Notes: a model not told the origin generated them from the sequence alone. Positions 18,455-28,892 are shown, numbered from the stretch's first letter. The stretch is DNA of 64,000 nucleotides from a candidate division CPR3 bacterium 4484_211 (GCA_002084955.1 MZGJ01000006.1:2027-66026); one strand, 5' to 3'. Made by a program: numbers and translations.

Positions 18455-18518
18455 GTTTATTGCTACTGGGCTGGGCATTTATGACCCGTCTTTAATAACT
18501 GTGCGATTATAATTAGCT

Positions 18519-19589
18519 ATGTTGAAACCGACAAGTCCCAAGGGTCTGGAGCATAGAAGTAATAGCGAAGATGGTGAGCCTGTCGAGTTAATTAAGCTGA
18601 GTTCTGAAAAGATAAATCTGGCTCCGGCTGAGTTTCCAACCATTACGAAGATGGTTCTTGAGAATATTGAGGAGAACTATGAAACAGAAAAGGGCAGTGT
18701 GTTTAGGGATGTGTTTTTAAACAGAAATGTGGAAAAGCATCCAGAGGTTTATGTAGAGTTTTTGCGTCAGCGTTTAGCGGGCACTAGATACGAACGAATG
18801 ACGGAAGAAGAGAGAGAGGATGAAGTGTTTAATCTCTCGCCGGAATTTAAAAAAATAAAAGCAGAATTTTGTGATGCTTTTAGATGTGAATTGCCCGAAA
18901 CGCCAGAGAAGATTCAAAAGGCTGTGAACCAAGAAGCCAAAATAATTATCACCGGCGTGGTTAGGTTGCTTAACTTTTTTGTTGCAAACCATATTAACAC
19001 GGCTGTTTTTTTAGACAAGTCGGCTAGGTATGCGGCTCATCTCGTCAGGGTTTGCTGGAGAGAGCTCCATTTGTCCCGACAGATGCCAGTGATTACTTTT
19101 ATCAATGTGGGGGGCGAATCTCGTGACGAAAAACTTGAAGAAAACCAGGCGCTGGTATCACATCTTCGGAAAGGCCTATTAAGGCATATGCAGGGGGCTA
19201 GGGTGGCGGTTGTAGATGACTTCGAGTTTACGGGAGACTCTTTGAGGAGAGCGACAAACCTGCTTACTAATGCCTTTCCGGAAGCACAATCTATAAACCC
19301 AGTTTATGCTTTTGACGATGAGCCTTTTTGGTACGGCAAAACTTATGAAGTGGTGGATCCATATGGAGAGGATGCCATAGAAAGCGAGCGTGCTCACACT
19401 AAAATCTTTACCAGGTCCCCAGCGCTGTTGGTTAAGGATCAGCAATTTCTTGCAGAAGCAGATGATTTTATACTCCGGGTGTATAAAGAAGGACTGACAA
19501 AAATGCCTCGGGTGGCTGCTTTAAGAAAAGAGCTTACCAAACTCGCCCAAGTGATTGTAGAAAATACGCGTCTGCTTTCCCAACAGTAA
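18519..19589 (+). CDS. hypothetical protein with a PRTase-like segment
   Basis: VAVVDDFEFTGDSLRRA resembles the phosphoribosyltransferase PRPP motif; weak. Confidence 0.25.
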   Translation: MLKPTSPKGLEHRSNSEDGEPVELIKLSSEKINLAPAEFPTITKMVLENIEENYETEKGSVFRDVFLNRNVEKHPEVYVEFLRQRLAGTRYERMTEEEREDEVFNLSPEFKKIKAEFCDAFRCELPETPEKIQKAVNQEAKIIITGVVRLLNFFVANHINTAVFLDKSARYAAHLVRVCWRELHLSRQMPVITFINVGGESRDEKLEENQALVSHLRKGLLRHMQGARVAVVDDFEFTGDSLRRATNLLTNAFPEAQSINPVYAFDDEPFWYGKTYEVVDPYGEDAIESERAHTKIFTRSPALLVKDQQFLAEADDFILRVYKEGLTKMPRVAALRKELTKLAQVIVENTRLLSQQ

Positions 19590-19684
19590 GCAACTCTACA
19601 ACATTTCTTAGAATACCAAGCCTATCCCTTTTTCTCTAAGGACTATTCTTAGATGTGTTAGCAGGGCAGAAACGTTTATGTCGT

Positions 19685-20425
19685 CTAGGTAGCAAAAGGG
19701 ACCCTGATAGGAGAGGCAATTCGGGGAGTCCGCTGACGTCTGCCGCTGGGAGGTTTTTCCTGGTTTATTTCTTTTGCGAAAGCGCGGTAGCTAATCAAAC
19801 CTGATTTATGGGATGTAATATCGTCGCCAATCGCCTCCCTGATTAAAGTCAACACTTCGCGCACCCACTGGCTTAGTTTATCGCCGGAGATCCCTTGGAA
19901 CTGTATCTTATCATAGGTCATATCCACAAAAGGTTCTTTTGAACGTTTAAAGAGTAAATGGAAGGGAGATCGTTGGAAACTTTCTGGATCTAGTTTGCTT
20001 GGCCACTCTAGTCCCAGTGTTCCACTTTGATTAATTTCTGCAAAGTCAGCTTGTGTATCCGAAGCAGGGAATTTTTCTATTTTACCGAACTCGATAATCA
20101 TGCGGTGGCCGCCTTGCGGTTGATCGGGGTTTTCTCTAAAAAAGGTTAATTTTACTGGTCGGTTGCCTACTATGGCTACAAGTTCATATTTATTATAAAT
20201 AGAATCTTTGATTTGCCGTGCGGGGTCTTTATTTTCCAAATAGGCTGAACCGACATTGAAGATATGTTCTATTAGATAGCGTGCCTGGTTGCGCGCACTC
20301 GCACAGCGATTCCAGATATAATGTGCCTCTTTTTCTGTAAGCACACCTCTTTCGCTGGTGTGATCTGCAGTTAAGGGAGAAACCTCTGTTGATGTTTCGG
20401 CATTCGGCCGGCTTAACGCTGTCAT
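19685..20425 (-). CDS. hypothetical protein
   Basis: 246 aa, no motif. Confidence 0.25.
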   Translation of the reverse strand: MTALSRPNAETSTEVSPLTADHTSERGVLTEKEAHYIWNRCASARNQARYLIEHIFNVGSAYLENKDPARQIKDSIYNKYELVAIVGNRPVKLTFFRENPDQPQGGHRMIIEFGKIEKFPASDTQADFAEINQSGTLGLEWPSKLDPESFQRSPFHLLFKRSKEPFVDMTYDKIQFQGISGDKLSQWVREVLTLIREAIGDDITSHKSGLISYRAFAKEINQEKPPSGRRQRTPRIASPIRVPFAT

Positions 20426-20551
20426 TGGCTATTTTTTGCAAGCTGTTGAGAATAGTATAAAGAATAACAAATAGAATTGGAATAGCCAACAAGCAAGTTC
20501 CCTAATCCTCTGAGGGCTGTCCTTAGTCTTATCGGTTTTGGTGTCTTTTGG

Positions 20552-21481
20552 TCATCTAAATTTGGGACTTATGGTGCTGTGCATAAAGTCTATTGCTGTC
20601 TGGTCGGGGTTGCCCGGGGTGGTGCGTACATCCCATAAGTTTCCGCCTTGGCTTTTATCGCCGAAGACATATTTAAAAACTTCGGCAAAATCATCCAGCA
20701 GGGACTCTTTCATGTTGTTGGTGGGACGCAGTTTGGAATATTGTGCCTGTTCACTTTGGGACAAAAGAGGCCAAACGATTCTTCCGACGCAGTGGGTGGT
20801 CTCGGCGGTCAGATCGCCGCCGGCCAGATCTGTGTTAAGCTGGATTATTTGGTAGGAAGGATCAACGGCGAGATGCTTCTGGTACTCTAAAGTGCCTACC
20901 GGCCGCTTGAGTTGGTTCATTACCACCTTAACATTCATTCCTCCGTAATCTTTGTCTTGCATGATGACCAGAGCGTAGTTGTTCAGGATAGATTTTTTAA
21001 CTTGTAAATAGGAAAAGGCGGCCATAATTGTCTTCTTGGTGGTTGAATCCAGGGGCGCGTTTTTAATATTGTCCACGGGATCGTTGGTATTGTCTAAGTC
21101 AAAAAAACATATTTCGTAGGGGGTGGTGACGCAATCTGGTGCCGGAGTTGGTGAGGGAGATGTTGTTGGTGTGGGTGTGGGGAAGATGATATCGCCGGGT
21201 GGAGTAGTAATGGGAGTTAATTCCAGCCCTTTAGGTGTTGGGCTGGGGAAAGGAGTGGGAATAACAGTGGCGGGCGGTGTGGTCCTTGCAGGGTTTGGTG
21301 TGGTATTTACGGGGCGGGGTTGGTAGAGAGATTTCATGTTGTTGAGACTTTCTTCTTGGCGGGTTCCTTGATTAAGTAAAGGCTGAAACAAAGGAGAGGT
21401 GCGGTCGGTATGTACTTTGAGAAATAATGCTCCGACCAAAAGAACTATACAGGTGATGGTAATTAAAATGGGAATTCGCAT
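20552..21481 (-). CDS. secreted protein with Pro/Thr-rich linker, hypothetical
   Basis: N-terminal signal/TM, then a TTPNPARTTPPATVIPTPFPSPTPK… low-complexity linker and a C-terminal globular domain. Confidence 0.4.
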   Translation of the reverse strand: MRIPILITITCIVLLVGALFLKVHTDRTSPLFQPLLNQGTRQEESLNNMKSLYQPRPVNTTPNPARTTPPATVIPTPFPSPTPKGLELTPITTPPGDIIFPTPTPTTSPSPTPAPDCVTTPYEICFFDLDNTNDPVDNIKNAPLDSTTKKTIMAAFSYLQVKKSILNNYALVIMQDKDYGGMNVKVVMNQLKRPVGTLEYQKHLAVDPSYQIIQLNTDLAGGDLTAETTHCVGRIVWPLLSQSEQAQYSKLRPTNNMKESLLDDFAEVFKYVFGDKSQGGNLWDVRTTPGNPDQTAIDFMHSTISPKFR

Positions 21482-21890
21482 TTCGTTGTCAACTTAAAAC
21501 AAAATGGTCTGTTTGTCTTTTTGTTTTAACACCGGCTTGGGCTACTTCTAAAGTTTGGGCTTAATTAGGGACAAACCTAATTTCTAGTCATTATGGTCGG
21601 GACATGGTTTCAAAATTTAACCGTGAAGCTCCTCCTGCTTGGAAGCGGATGTGTTTTTCCTGCAGGATCCCACTCCTTAAAGAGCGAAAACCCCGAACCG
21701 AAAGCCACTTATCTACGCTCCTGTCGGTGTGGCTCTCCGCTTCGCGGGTAATAGCAGACTTTAATCTGCTTCCCTGAATCGCAGACTGACCGCATCACCA
21801 CAAGGGTACCCGGCAAGAGTTCGCTGTTACAACCAAGTTGACCATTTATGACCCCTAATTTCTAGTTATTATATAACACCCGCAGGTCTT
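21482..21890. repeat. composite repeat region: leader module R (21596-21668, co-oriented with the minus-strand gene), module H (21770-21830 rc), direct repeat cctaatttctagt(c/t)attat at 21577 and 21855
   Basis: Read directly. Confidence 0.6.
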
Positions 21891-21908
21891 GTGGTATCAT
21901 TAGAACTG

Positions 21909-22949
21909 ATGCGGTTTGTTACCAACCTTGGTCGGTCTCAACTTGAGGGGAAAAAAGTTTTGGTTAGAGCAGACTTGGATGTGAAAATTAACCAGGGGTT
22001 GGTAGGGGATAATTTTAGACTGCGGGCAATTACGGAGACTCTCCAGTATCTGGTTGGGAACCATGCTAAATTGATTTTGGCGGGGCATCTGGATCGTCCG
22101 GGCGGTCGGGTTGTTGATTCGCTGCGCATGAGTCCGGTAGTTGACGAACTCCGTTCTCTGCTGGCGTCTGTGAGGGTAAAAAGTGTAGATCGAGTTTTGG
22201 GGCCAAGCGTTCTGGAAGAGGTAAAAAAACTTGAGGACGGGGAAATTTTAGTTTTGGAAAATGTCCGTTTTTGCCCCGGTGAGGAGAAAAACGAAGATCT
22301 GTTTGCGCAAAGGCTGTCATCATTGGCCGATTTGTTTGTTAATGAGTGTTTCGCAACCTGCCACCGTTGTCATGCTTCTATTGTGGGCGTGCCTCAATAC
22401 CTGCCTTCTTTTGCGGGAATACGGCTGGGGCGTGAAATTGAGACCTTGTTGCGTGTACGGGAAGCTCCTAAGCGCCCACTGATCTTTATTATCGGCGGGG
22501 CGAAGAAGGATAAGATTGAATTCGTTAAGGCCGTTTCTCAGTTTGCTGATCAAATTCTTTTGGGAGGAACTTTGATGTTTGCCCGGGAGTTGGAAGGTGT
22601 TCCCAAGGTTCTGTTTCCGGTGGATGCGGTGCGGGTTGATGACATTGGCCCTCGGTCGGTTTCGCTCTTTTGCAAAACTATCAAAGAAGCCGGGACAATT
22701 GTCTGGGCTGGGCCAATGGGAAGATTTGAACAAGATGAGTATATGATGGGTACGCGCAAAATTGCCCAATGTGCAGCAGAAAGCTGCGCCTTCAGCGTGG
22801 CGGGGGGAGGAGACACTTTGGCGGCTTTGGGTCAGGTGGGATTGCGGGATAAGTTTGATTTTTGTTCTACCGGCGGGGGGGCGATGTTAAAATTTCTGTC
22901 AAAGGGAACCTTGCCGGGGATTGAAGCTTTAGAAGTAAATCGTGAGTAA
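21909..22949 (+). CDS. pgk: phosphoglycerate kinase (short form)
   Basis: GKKVLVRADLDV…LAGHLDRPGG N-terminal domain, GGGDTLAA C-terminal motif; likely start at MRFVTNL. Confidence 0.85.
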   Translation: MRFVTNLGRSQLEGKKVLVRADLDVKINQGLVGDNFRLRAITETLQYLVGNHAKLILAGHLDRPGGRVVDSLRMSPVVDELRSLLASVRVKSVDRVLGPSVLEEVKKLEDGEILVLENVRFCPGEEKNEDLFAQRLSSLADLFVNECFATCHRCHASIVGVPQYLPSFAGIRLGREIETLLRVREAPKRPLIFIIGGAKKDKIEFVKAVSQFADQILLGGTLMFARELEGVPKVLFPVDAVRVDDIGPRSVSLFCKTIKEAGTIVWAGPMGRFEQDEYMMGTRKIAQCAAESCAFSVAGGGDTLAALGQVGLRDKFDFCSTGGGAMLKFLSKGTLPGIEALEVNRE

Positions 22950-23072
22950 CGGCGGATTTTAGTCCGCACTCAAAATTTTGTAATAGGCAAATCTTGCCAT
23001 TTGGTGACAGTTCTCTATTGTCGCGATAAATCTAAAAGCGCGCTGCTGCAGTTATACTTAATTTGCTTGAAT

Positions 23073-23756
23073 ATGCTCGTTATTGCCAATTGGAAATTGC
23101 ATTTTGATTATCAAGAAGCGCGGAAGTGGGTGCAGAATTTTGCCGGCTCCGTTAAAGGAACAGGCTTGCCGGAGGTGGTGATTGCGCCGTCTTTTCTTTT
23201 GGTTCCTGCTCTCAAGAAAGAATTGGCGGCGAGGGATTTGAAGGTGAAGATTGGCGCTCAGACTGTTTCCTCGTTTGAACAGGGGTCATATACCGGCGAG
23301 GTTTCAGCCCGGCAATTAAGTGAGTGGGTTAACTATGTAATTATTGGTCATTCAGAAAGGAGAAAGTATTTCGGCGAAACCGATAAAGATGTGGTGGAGA
23401 AGGTACGCCGGGCACTTAGGCATCAGATAACGCCGGTGATTTGTGTGAGCGAGTTGTCTCAAGTTGATTGTTTGGTTAGGGAGGATTTTAAAAATAAGAA
23501 TCTGGTGGTGGCCTATGAGCCGCTTTTTGCTATTGGATCAGGCAGACCGGATACACCGCAAAATATTTCTTTGGTGGTGGATAAAATCTGTGATAGGCTT
23601 GAACGCCGGGTCAGGGTATTATATGGAGGCAGTGTGAGTGCAGATAATGCGGCGGGCATTTTGAAGCAGGGGAATGTTGACGGATTTCTGGTGGGGAGGG
23701 CCAGTTTAGACCCGGTGGGGTTTGCGGAGCTTGTTAAAACTTTAGTGCGCTGTTAA
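23073..23756 (+). CDS. tpiA: triosephosphate isomerase
   Basis: IANWK, IIGHSERR, AYEPLFAIGSG, YGGSV motifs. Confidence 0.85.
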   Translation: MLVIANWKLHFDYQEARKWVQNFAGSVKGTGLPEVVIAPSFLLVPALKKELAARDLKVKIGAQTVSSFEQGSYTGEVSARQLSEWVNYVIIGHSERRKYFGETDKDVVEKVRRALRHQITPVICVSELSQVDCLVREDFKNKNLVVAYEPLFAIGSGRPDTPQNISLVVDKICDRLERRVRVLYGGSVSADNAAGILKQGNVDGFLVGRASLDPVGFAELVKTLVRC

Positions 23757-23758
23757 TC

Positions 23759-24916
23759 ATGTCCTATGTAGATCTTGGTACCATTTCAACTAAATCAGAA
23801 AAAAGGGGGGGGAGTAAGATTGGTGTTAGGGTTCCCGGGAAATTATTGCTGCTTGGGGTGTTGCTTGTTTTTTTAATATTAGGCTTTCGTTTGCTTATTT
23901 CTTCATCTCCCACCGTTTTGGCTCAGTTCTGGTCAACTTCGGGCCAGGTTATTTCTTTTATGATTCCCGGGAGATCTCATCTGCTGGAAGATGAAGGTGT
24001 TACCAATGTGTTGCTGGTGGGAATAGATAAGCGATCAGAGGTTCCCTATTCCTACACCACAGCCAGCGGGCAGGTGGTAAAAAATGGCTTTTTGGCAGAT
24101 ACGATTATTATTGCCTCCCTAAATAGGAAGACAAGCTCTGTGAGTATGCTTTCTATTCCCCGTGACCTTTGGGTAAAAATGCCGGCCTTTGGCAATCTTT
24201 CGCCTCAGTATTCTAAGATCAACGCCGCCCATGCCTTGGGGGATCAGTTTGGAGGCCAGGAGAATGGCGGGATGTTGCTGCTTAAGGAGGTGGTGGAGCA
24301 GATTTTAGATATTCCCATTCACTATTGGGTGAGAATTGATTTTGCCGGTTTTGAGAAAGGAATAGATGCCATTGAAGGTATTGATGTGGTGGTAGAGCGC
24401 ACTTTTGATGATTATATGTTTCCTCGCCCTGGGTATGAAAATGCTCCCTGGAATCAACGGTGGGAGCATGTTCATTTTGATGCCGGTTTGCAGCATATGG
24501 ACGGGGCTACTGCCTTGGAATATGCTCGATCGCGGCATGCTTTAGGAGTAGAGGGGTCAGATTTTGCCAGGTCCAGGCGCCAGCAAAAGGTGATTATTGC
24601 CGCCAAGAATAAAATTTTGTCTTCTTCCACCCTCTTTAACACGGCAAAATTAAAGGAGCTTTATGAGGTGGTGTCTGATCATGTGAGAACCAATGTCAAA
24701 CTTTCCGAATTCCCGCTTTTCTTTTCCTTGGCGAAACAGTTCTCCGACAAGGAGGTGAAAACTTACAGTCTTACCGATGAAACAGAAAATCTCCTCGCTG
24801 CTCCGACGGATCTTTCTTTATATGGCGGAGCCTGGGTTTTGGTGCCGGCGGCCGGAGGTGAAGACTTTTCGGATGTACAGGGTTTTGTGAAGGGTATTTT
24901 TTATGAACGTGAATAG
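23759..24916 (+). CDS. LytR-CpsA-Psr (LCP) family cell-envelope phosphotransferase
   Basis: TM anchor, then VLLVGIDKRS…ADTIIIASLNRKTSSVSMLSIPRDLWVKMP. Confidence 0.7.
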   Translation: MSYVDLGTISTKSEKRGGSKIGVRVPGKLLLLGVLLVFLILGFRLLISSSPTVLAQFWSTSGQVISFMIPGRSHLLEDEGVTNVLLVGIDKRSEVPYSYTTASGQVVKNGFLADTIIIASLNRKTSSVSMLSIPRDLWVKMPAFGNLSPQYSKINAAHALGDQFGGQENGGMLLLKEVVEQILDIPIHYWVRIDFAGFEKGIDAIEGIDVVVERTFDDYMFPRPGYENAPWNQRWEHVHFDAGLQHMDGATALEYARSRHALGVEGSDFARSRRQQKVIIAAKNKILSSSTLFNTAKLKELYEVVSDHVRTNVKLSEFPLFFSLAKQFSDKEVKTYSLTDETENLLAAPTDLSLYGGAWVLVPAAGGEDFSDVQGFVKGIFYERE

Positions 24917-25017
24917 GAAGAAGGTTCTATTGGAAAGCCGCGCCGGCAAGGGTCTGGACGAGTGGCTTTCGGTTCAGGGTTCCGCTTCTAAGGCGGCGGA
25001 GCTTTGCTTAATAGCCT

Positions 25018-25896
25018 CTAATTTTTTAAAAAGTTTTCAAACTTATTTCGAAACTGGTCAAAGAGATCTTTTGATAAATTGCCTTTGGGGACATGGGTTT
25101 CCCAGGGGATAAAAATTACCTGGTGATTCGGGGCAATTTTTTTTAAGAAATTGAGGTTTTGGTCGCTGTCATAGTATTGATTTTTTTTGGTTTCTATAAT
25201 TAGGGTCGGCTGGGTAATTTGTATGTCTAGATTTTTAAGATGAGTCTTGGCTAGGTCATTTAGGGACTGCAGCCAGACGGTAAAATTCATCGCTCGCCAT
25301 TGTTTTATTTCGAACTCAATGACCTCCCTATTATTTGCGTACTCCGGCAAGGTCTTTTCCTGAATAAACCTCATTAAAAAGTCGTTGTTGATTATTTTTT
25401 GAATGAGCCAGGGGATTAACCTTGTTTTAAGAAGGAAGGGGGCGAGGAATTTTGCCAGGGCGGCTTTTTTTTTGGTGGCTGGGGTGAAAAAGGAACTGTC
25501 GGCCGGGGTGGCAATTAAGATATTTTTAGATACCCGATTCTTTATCAGAGGATACAAACGGAGGCAGATAATTCCTCCCATAGATCCGCCCATGAGGATA
25601 AGATTTTTTAACTCTAGTTTTTCTATAAATTCTTTTAGGGTTTGTGCATATTTTTGCATCGTGTGGGGAGCGTTTTGATAGGGGGGTGTTTGGCCGCAGC
25701 CGGGAAGATCGGGAGCGATGACGGAGACATAATCGGATAGAGATTGCAAAAGCCCCTGGTAGCGGAGAGCGTCAGACCGGTGCCCGTGGATAAAGAGCAG
25801 AGTGGGGCCGGAACCGAAGGTGTAATAATAAATTTTTTCGTGTTGGAGTTGTAGGTATTGTCCTTTAAAATTCAAATGAGCATTAAAGTTTTGCAA
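25018..25896 (-). CDS. alpha/beta-hydrolase fold protein
   Basis: LFIHGHRSD oxyanion region and GGSMGG nucleophile elbow. Confidence 0.55.
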   Translation of the reverse strand: MQNFNAHLNFKGQYLQLQHEKIYYYTFGSGPTLLFIHGHRSDALRYQGLLQSLSDYVSVIAPDLPGCGQTPPYQNAPHTMQKYAQTLKEFIEKLELKNLILMGGSMGGIICLRLYPLIKNRVSKNILIATPADSSFFTPATKKKAALAKFLAPFLLKTRLIPWLIQKIINNDFLMRFIQEKTLPEYANNREVIEFEIKQWRAMNFTVWLQSLNDLAKTHLKNLDIQITQPTLIIETKKNQYYDSDQNLNFLKKIAPNHQVIFIPWETHVPKGNLSKDLFDQFRNKFENFLKN

Positions 25897-26083
25897 ATTT
25901 TAGTGATGTGTTTTGCCGAGGTTAGGCTTGTCTCAGCGTGCCCCGCCGTGTTCTGTGAAAAACTGCAAAACTTTGGTAATTAAAGAGCAGGTAATTCCTA
26001 GGGATTCAAGACACTATTTTAATTTAAAATCGGGTTGGTTGCCAAACAACTGCGGTTTACAATGTTGGTAATTCTAGGTTATA

Positions 26084-27229
26084 TTGTACATCATGAAGGT
26101 CGCACTTGTTTGTCCATACCGTCTGTCGGCCCCCGGGGGGGTGCAGGAGCACATCCGCAGCTTGGCGGGGCAGTTGCGCGGCTGGGGGCATGAAGCAATA
26201 ATTATCGCTCCCGGACGCGGCCGAACCCGAAAGACCAAAGAGGAGTTATTTATTGGGCAGGCGGTAAAAGTTCCTACGCAAAATAAAAGCTGGGCTTTTG
26301 CTAGTTTTTACTTTAGTCCCAATTTTGGTTCTCTGCGAAACTTTATTGAAGATTACCGGTTTGATCTGATCCATTTCCACTCGCCAATGACGCCTTTTTT
26401 GTCGTGGCAGATACTTCAGGCTTCAAACACCGTTAATGTGGCCACTTTTCACAGTGAATGGGGGGTTGCCAATTCTTTGCTAATGAACTCGCTTGATTTT
26501 TTGGTGCATCCCTTAATCGGCAAGATCAAAGAGAAACTGTCCGGAGTGATTGCTGTTTCCGAGGTGGCCAAGCAAAGCTGGCGTGAAATTTTTGACGGTT
26601 CTTTACCTCAGGCGGTAATTCCCAATGGAGTTAATCTGCGGCGCTTCAATACTAAAGTTCCTATGGTGAGGGTCTTTGGCGGCAAACCGACCATTTTGTT
26701 TGTGGGGCGGATTGAAGCTCGGAAAGGCCTAAAGTATTTATTGGAAGCTTTTAAAAAAGTATGTCTAAGAATAGAGAAAGCGCGGCTGGTGATCGTTGGA
26801 TCGGGGCCGTTGGCGCTGATTTCTAAGTTATGGGTTAAAAAAGAAGGACTGGACGGCAAGATATTTTTTGCCGGTAGGCTGCCGGGGGAGATTCTGCCGT
26901 CCTATTTCCGCGGAGCTGATGTTTTTTGCTCACCGGCGACTGGTGGTGAGAGTTTTGGCATTGTTCTGCTGGAGGCTATGGCTTCCGGTGTGCCGGTGGT
27001 GGCTTTTGGAAACCCTGGATACCGCGAGGTTTTAAAGAATTGTCCTGTTCAGGGAGTGTTAGTTCCCAATAAGGATGTTGATGCCCTGGCTGAAAGTTTG
27101 GTGAAATTTCTGGGCAGTGACGAATTGAGGAGAAAGACTGTTAAATGGGGTTTGGGCGAGGTAAGGAAATACGATTGGCCGCTTATTGCCCGGAAAGTTT
27201 TTCAGTTTTATCAACGAGTTTTGGGGTAG
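26084..27229 (+). CDS. glycosyltransferase family 4 (GT-B, retaining)
   Basis: C-terminal EX7E-like region: ESFGIVLLEAMASGVPVVA. Confidence 0.7.
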   Translation: MYIMKVALVCPYRLSAPGGVQEHIRSLAGQLRGWGHEAIIIAPGRGRTRKTKEELFIGQAVKVPTQNKSWAFASFYFSPNFGSLRNFIEDYRFDLIHFHSPMTPFLSWQILQASNTVNVATFHSEWGVANSLLMNSLDFLVHPLIGKIKEKLSGVIAVSEVAKQSWREIFDGSLPQAVIPNGVNLRRFNTKVPMVRVFGGKPTILFVGRIEARKGLKYLLEAFKKVCLRIEKARLVIVGSGPLALISKLWVKKEGLDGKIFFAGRLPGEILPSYFRGADVFCSPATGGESFGIVLLEAMASGVPVVAFGNPGYREVLKNCPVQGVLVPNKDVDALAESLVKFLGSDELRRKTVKWGLGEVRKYDWPLIARKVFQFYQRVLG

Positions 27230-27287
27230 GGCGTTTATTTTTAGTTGAAAGCGTTGGTATAATAAAAGGGAAAGGAGGTGATGACCG

Positions 27288-27719
27288 ATGGCGTTAATAA
27301 AATGGGATCCGTTTCGGGAATTCCGGCCTTTGGTGCGCTGGTCTTCTTTTCCTTTTGACTGGCTGGAGGAGGATTGGAGTAGTTCTATGGCCATGGATGT
27401 TTATGAGGAGGGGAACAATGTGGTGGTTAAGGCGGATCTGCCGGGCTTTAAGCCGGAGGAAGTGGATATTTCTGTGACCGAGGATTCGGTAACTATCCAG
27501 GCAGAGAGAAAAGAGGAGAAAGAGGAAAAGAAGAAAAAGAACTATCTGCGTCAGGAAAGGTTTTATACTCGTTGTGCGCGGACAGTCTCTCTTCCAGTGC
27601 CGGTGAAGGCGGAAGATGCAGATGCTGAATTTACAAATGGAACCTTGACGCTTACTTTGCCCAAGGCAAAGATAGAGAAGCCGAAGAAGGTTAAGGTGCG
27701 GGTAGGTGGTAAGAAGTAG
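27288..27719 (+). CDS. Hsp20/alpha-crystallin small heat-shock protein
   Basis: WDPFREF N-terminus, alpha-crystallin domain DVYEEGNNVVVKADLPGFKPEEVDISV…FTNGTLTLTLPK. Confidence 0.85.
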   Translation: MALIKWDPFREFRPLVRWSSFPFDWLEEDWSSSMAMDVYEEGNNVVVKADLPGFKPEEVDISVTEDSVTIQAERKEEKEEKKKKNYLRQERFYTRCARTVSLPVPVKAEDADAEFTNGTLTLTLPKAKIEKPKKVKVRVGGKK

Positions 27720-27762
27720 TGTTGGGAGACAGGGGCAAAGAAGGCTTGTTTTCTTTTCCAAA

Positions 27763-27782
27763 CCCGGCAGCAGCCGGGTTTT
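27763..27782 (+). terminator. intrinsic terminator candidate downstream of hsp20
   Basis: CCCGGC-agca-GCCGGG hairpin followed by TTTTGGTTT. Confidence 0.4.
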
Positions 27783-27797
27783 GGTTTGAGGATTATG

Positions 27798-28892
27798 ATG
27801 CTCCAGACCCTGCGTTTAAAAAACTTTCGCAATTTCAAGAATTTTTCCCTGTCTTTGAGCGGTAAGGTAAATGTCATTACCGGTCCTAACGGGGTTGGAA
27901 AAACTAATCTTCTGGAGGCGATTTTTCTGTTGGCCAAAGGGAAGTCTTTTAGGACGACTTCTAATGGATACTTAATTGGGGTTCCAAGTGGAAATTCTCC
28001 AAGTACGGGTATTGCTTTTATTGAAGGGTTAGTTCGAGGCGATAACGAGTTAGAAACAACTCTGGGAATGAGCTTGAGTAATGGGAGCAAAAAATATTTA
28101 GTTAATGGTAAGGATAGCAGTTATCAGGATTTCCGTCCCCGATTTCATGCGGTGATTTTTTCTCCCCGTGACTTGGATATTATTATTGGCGATCCGTCTT
28201 TACGCCGTGCTTTTCTGGATGAGCTTAATGGGGATGGTTCCGGTGAGTACGTTAACATTAGTACCGATTATCGGCATGTTTTGCGCCAACGAAATCAATT
28301 ACTTTCCAGGGGGAAGTTTTCTGCTGCAGAATTAGACTATTGGGATGCTCAGCTGGTTGATTTAGGTTCGGCGATAATTGCGGAAAGAAAACGAGCGGTG
28401 GATAATTTAAACCAACGACTTGATGCGGGACATCTATTTCTGGAGTATTTTCCTAGTCCAAGGATTATAAAAGAAGAGTTAGAACAGGTTGATGATTGGA
28501 CAGGTGGAAAAGTTGGAGAATTATTTCGGCATAAGTTGAAAGAGATAGTGGAGAGAGAAAAGGAGATTGGCTTTACCTTGATTGGTCCACAACGAGACGA
28601 GTTAAAATTTTTTGGTCTGGTGGATTCGTCTGGCGTTAAAAGGGACTTGGCTGTTTTTGGGTCCAGAGGGCAGCAAAGAATGGCCGTGGTGCACTTAAAA
28701 AGAGCGCAGCTGGAGTTATTGAGGGCAAAGTTAGAAGAGTGTCCCGTTCTTCTTTTGGATGATGTTTTTTCAGAGTTGGATGAACACTGCCGGGAAATTT
28801 TGTTGCCCATTTTTGATTATCAACAAACTGTTGTCACCGCGGTAAGCTTGCCCAAGGGGATTGAAGCATCTATGTCGGTGGAGCTGAAGTAG
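27798..28892 (+). CDS. recF: DNA replication/repair protein RecF
   Basis: LQTLRLKNFRNF N-terminus, Walker A GPNGVGKTNLLEAI, and Rad50/SMC-type signature and D-loop in the C-terminal part. Confidence 0.75.
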   Translation: MLQTLRLKNFRNFKNFSLSLSGKVNVITGPNGVGKTNLLEAIFLLAKGKSFRTTSNGYLIGVPSGNSPSTGIAFIEGLVRGDNELETTLGMSLSNGSKKYLVNGKDSSYQDFRPRFHAVIFSPRDLDIIIGDPSLRRAFLDELNGDGSGEYVNISTDYRHVLRQRNQLLSRGKFSAAELDYWDAQLVDLGSAIIAERKRAVDNLNQRLDAGHLFLEYFPSPRIIKEELEQVDDWTGGKVGELFRHKLKEIVEREKEIGFTLIGPQRDELKFFGLVDSSGVKRDLAVFGSRGQQRMAVVHLKRAQLELLRAKLEECPVLLLDDVFSELDEHCREILLPIFDYQQTVVTAVSLPKGIEASMSVELK

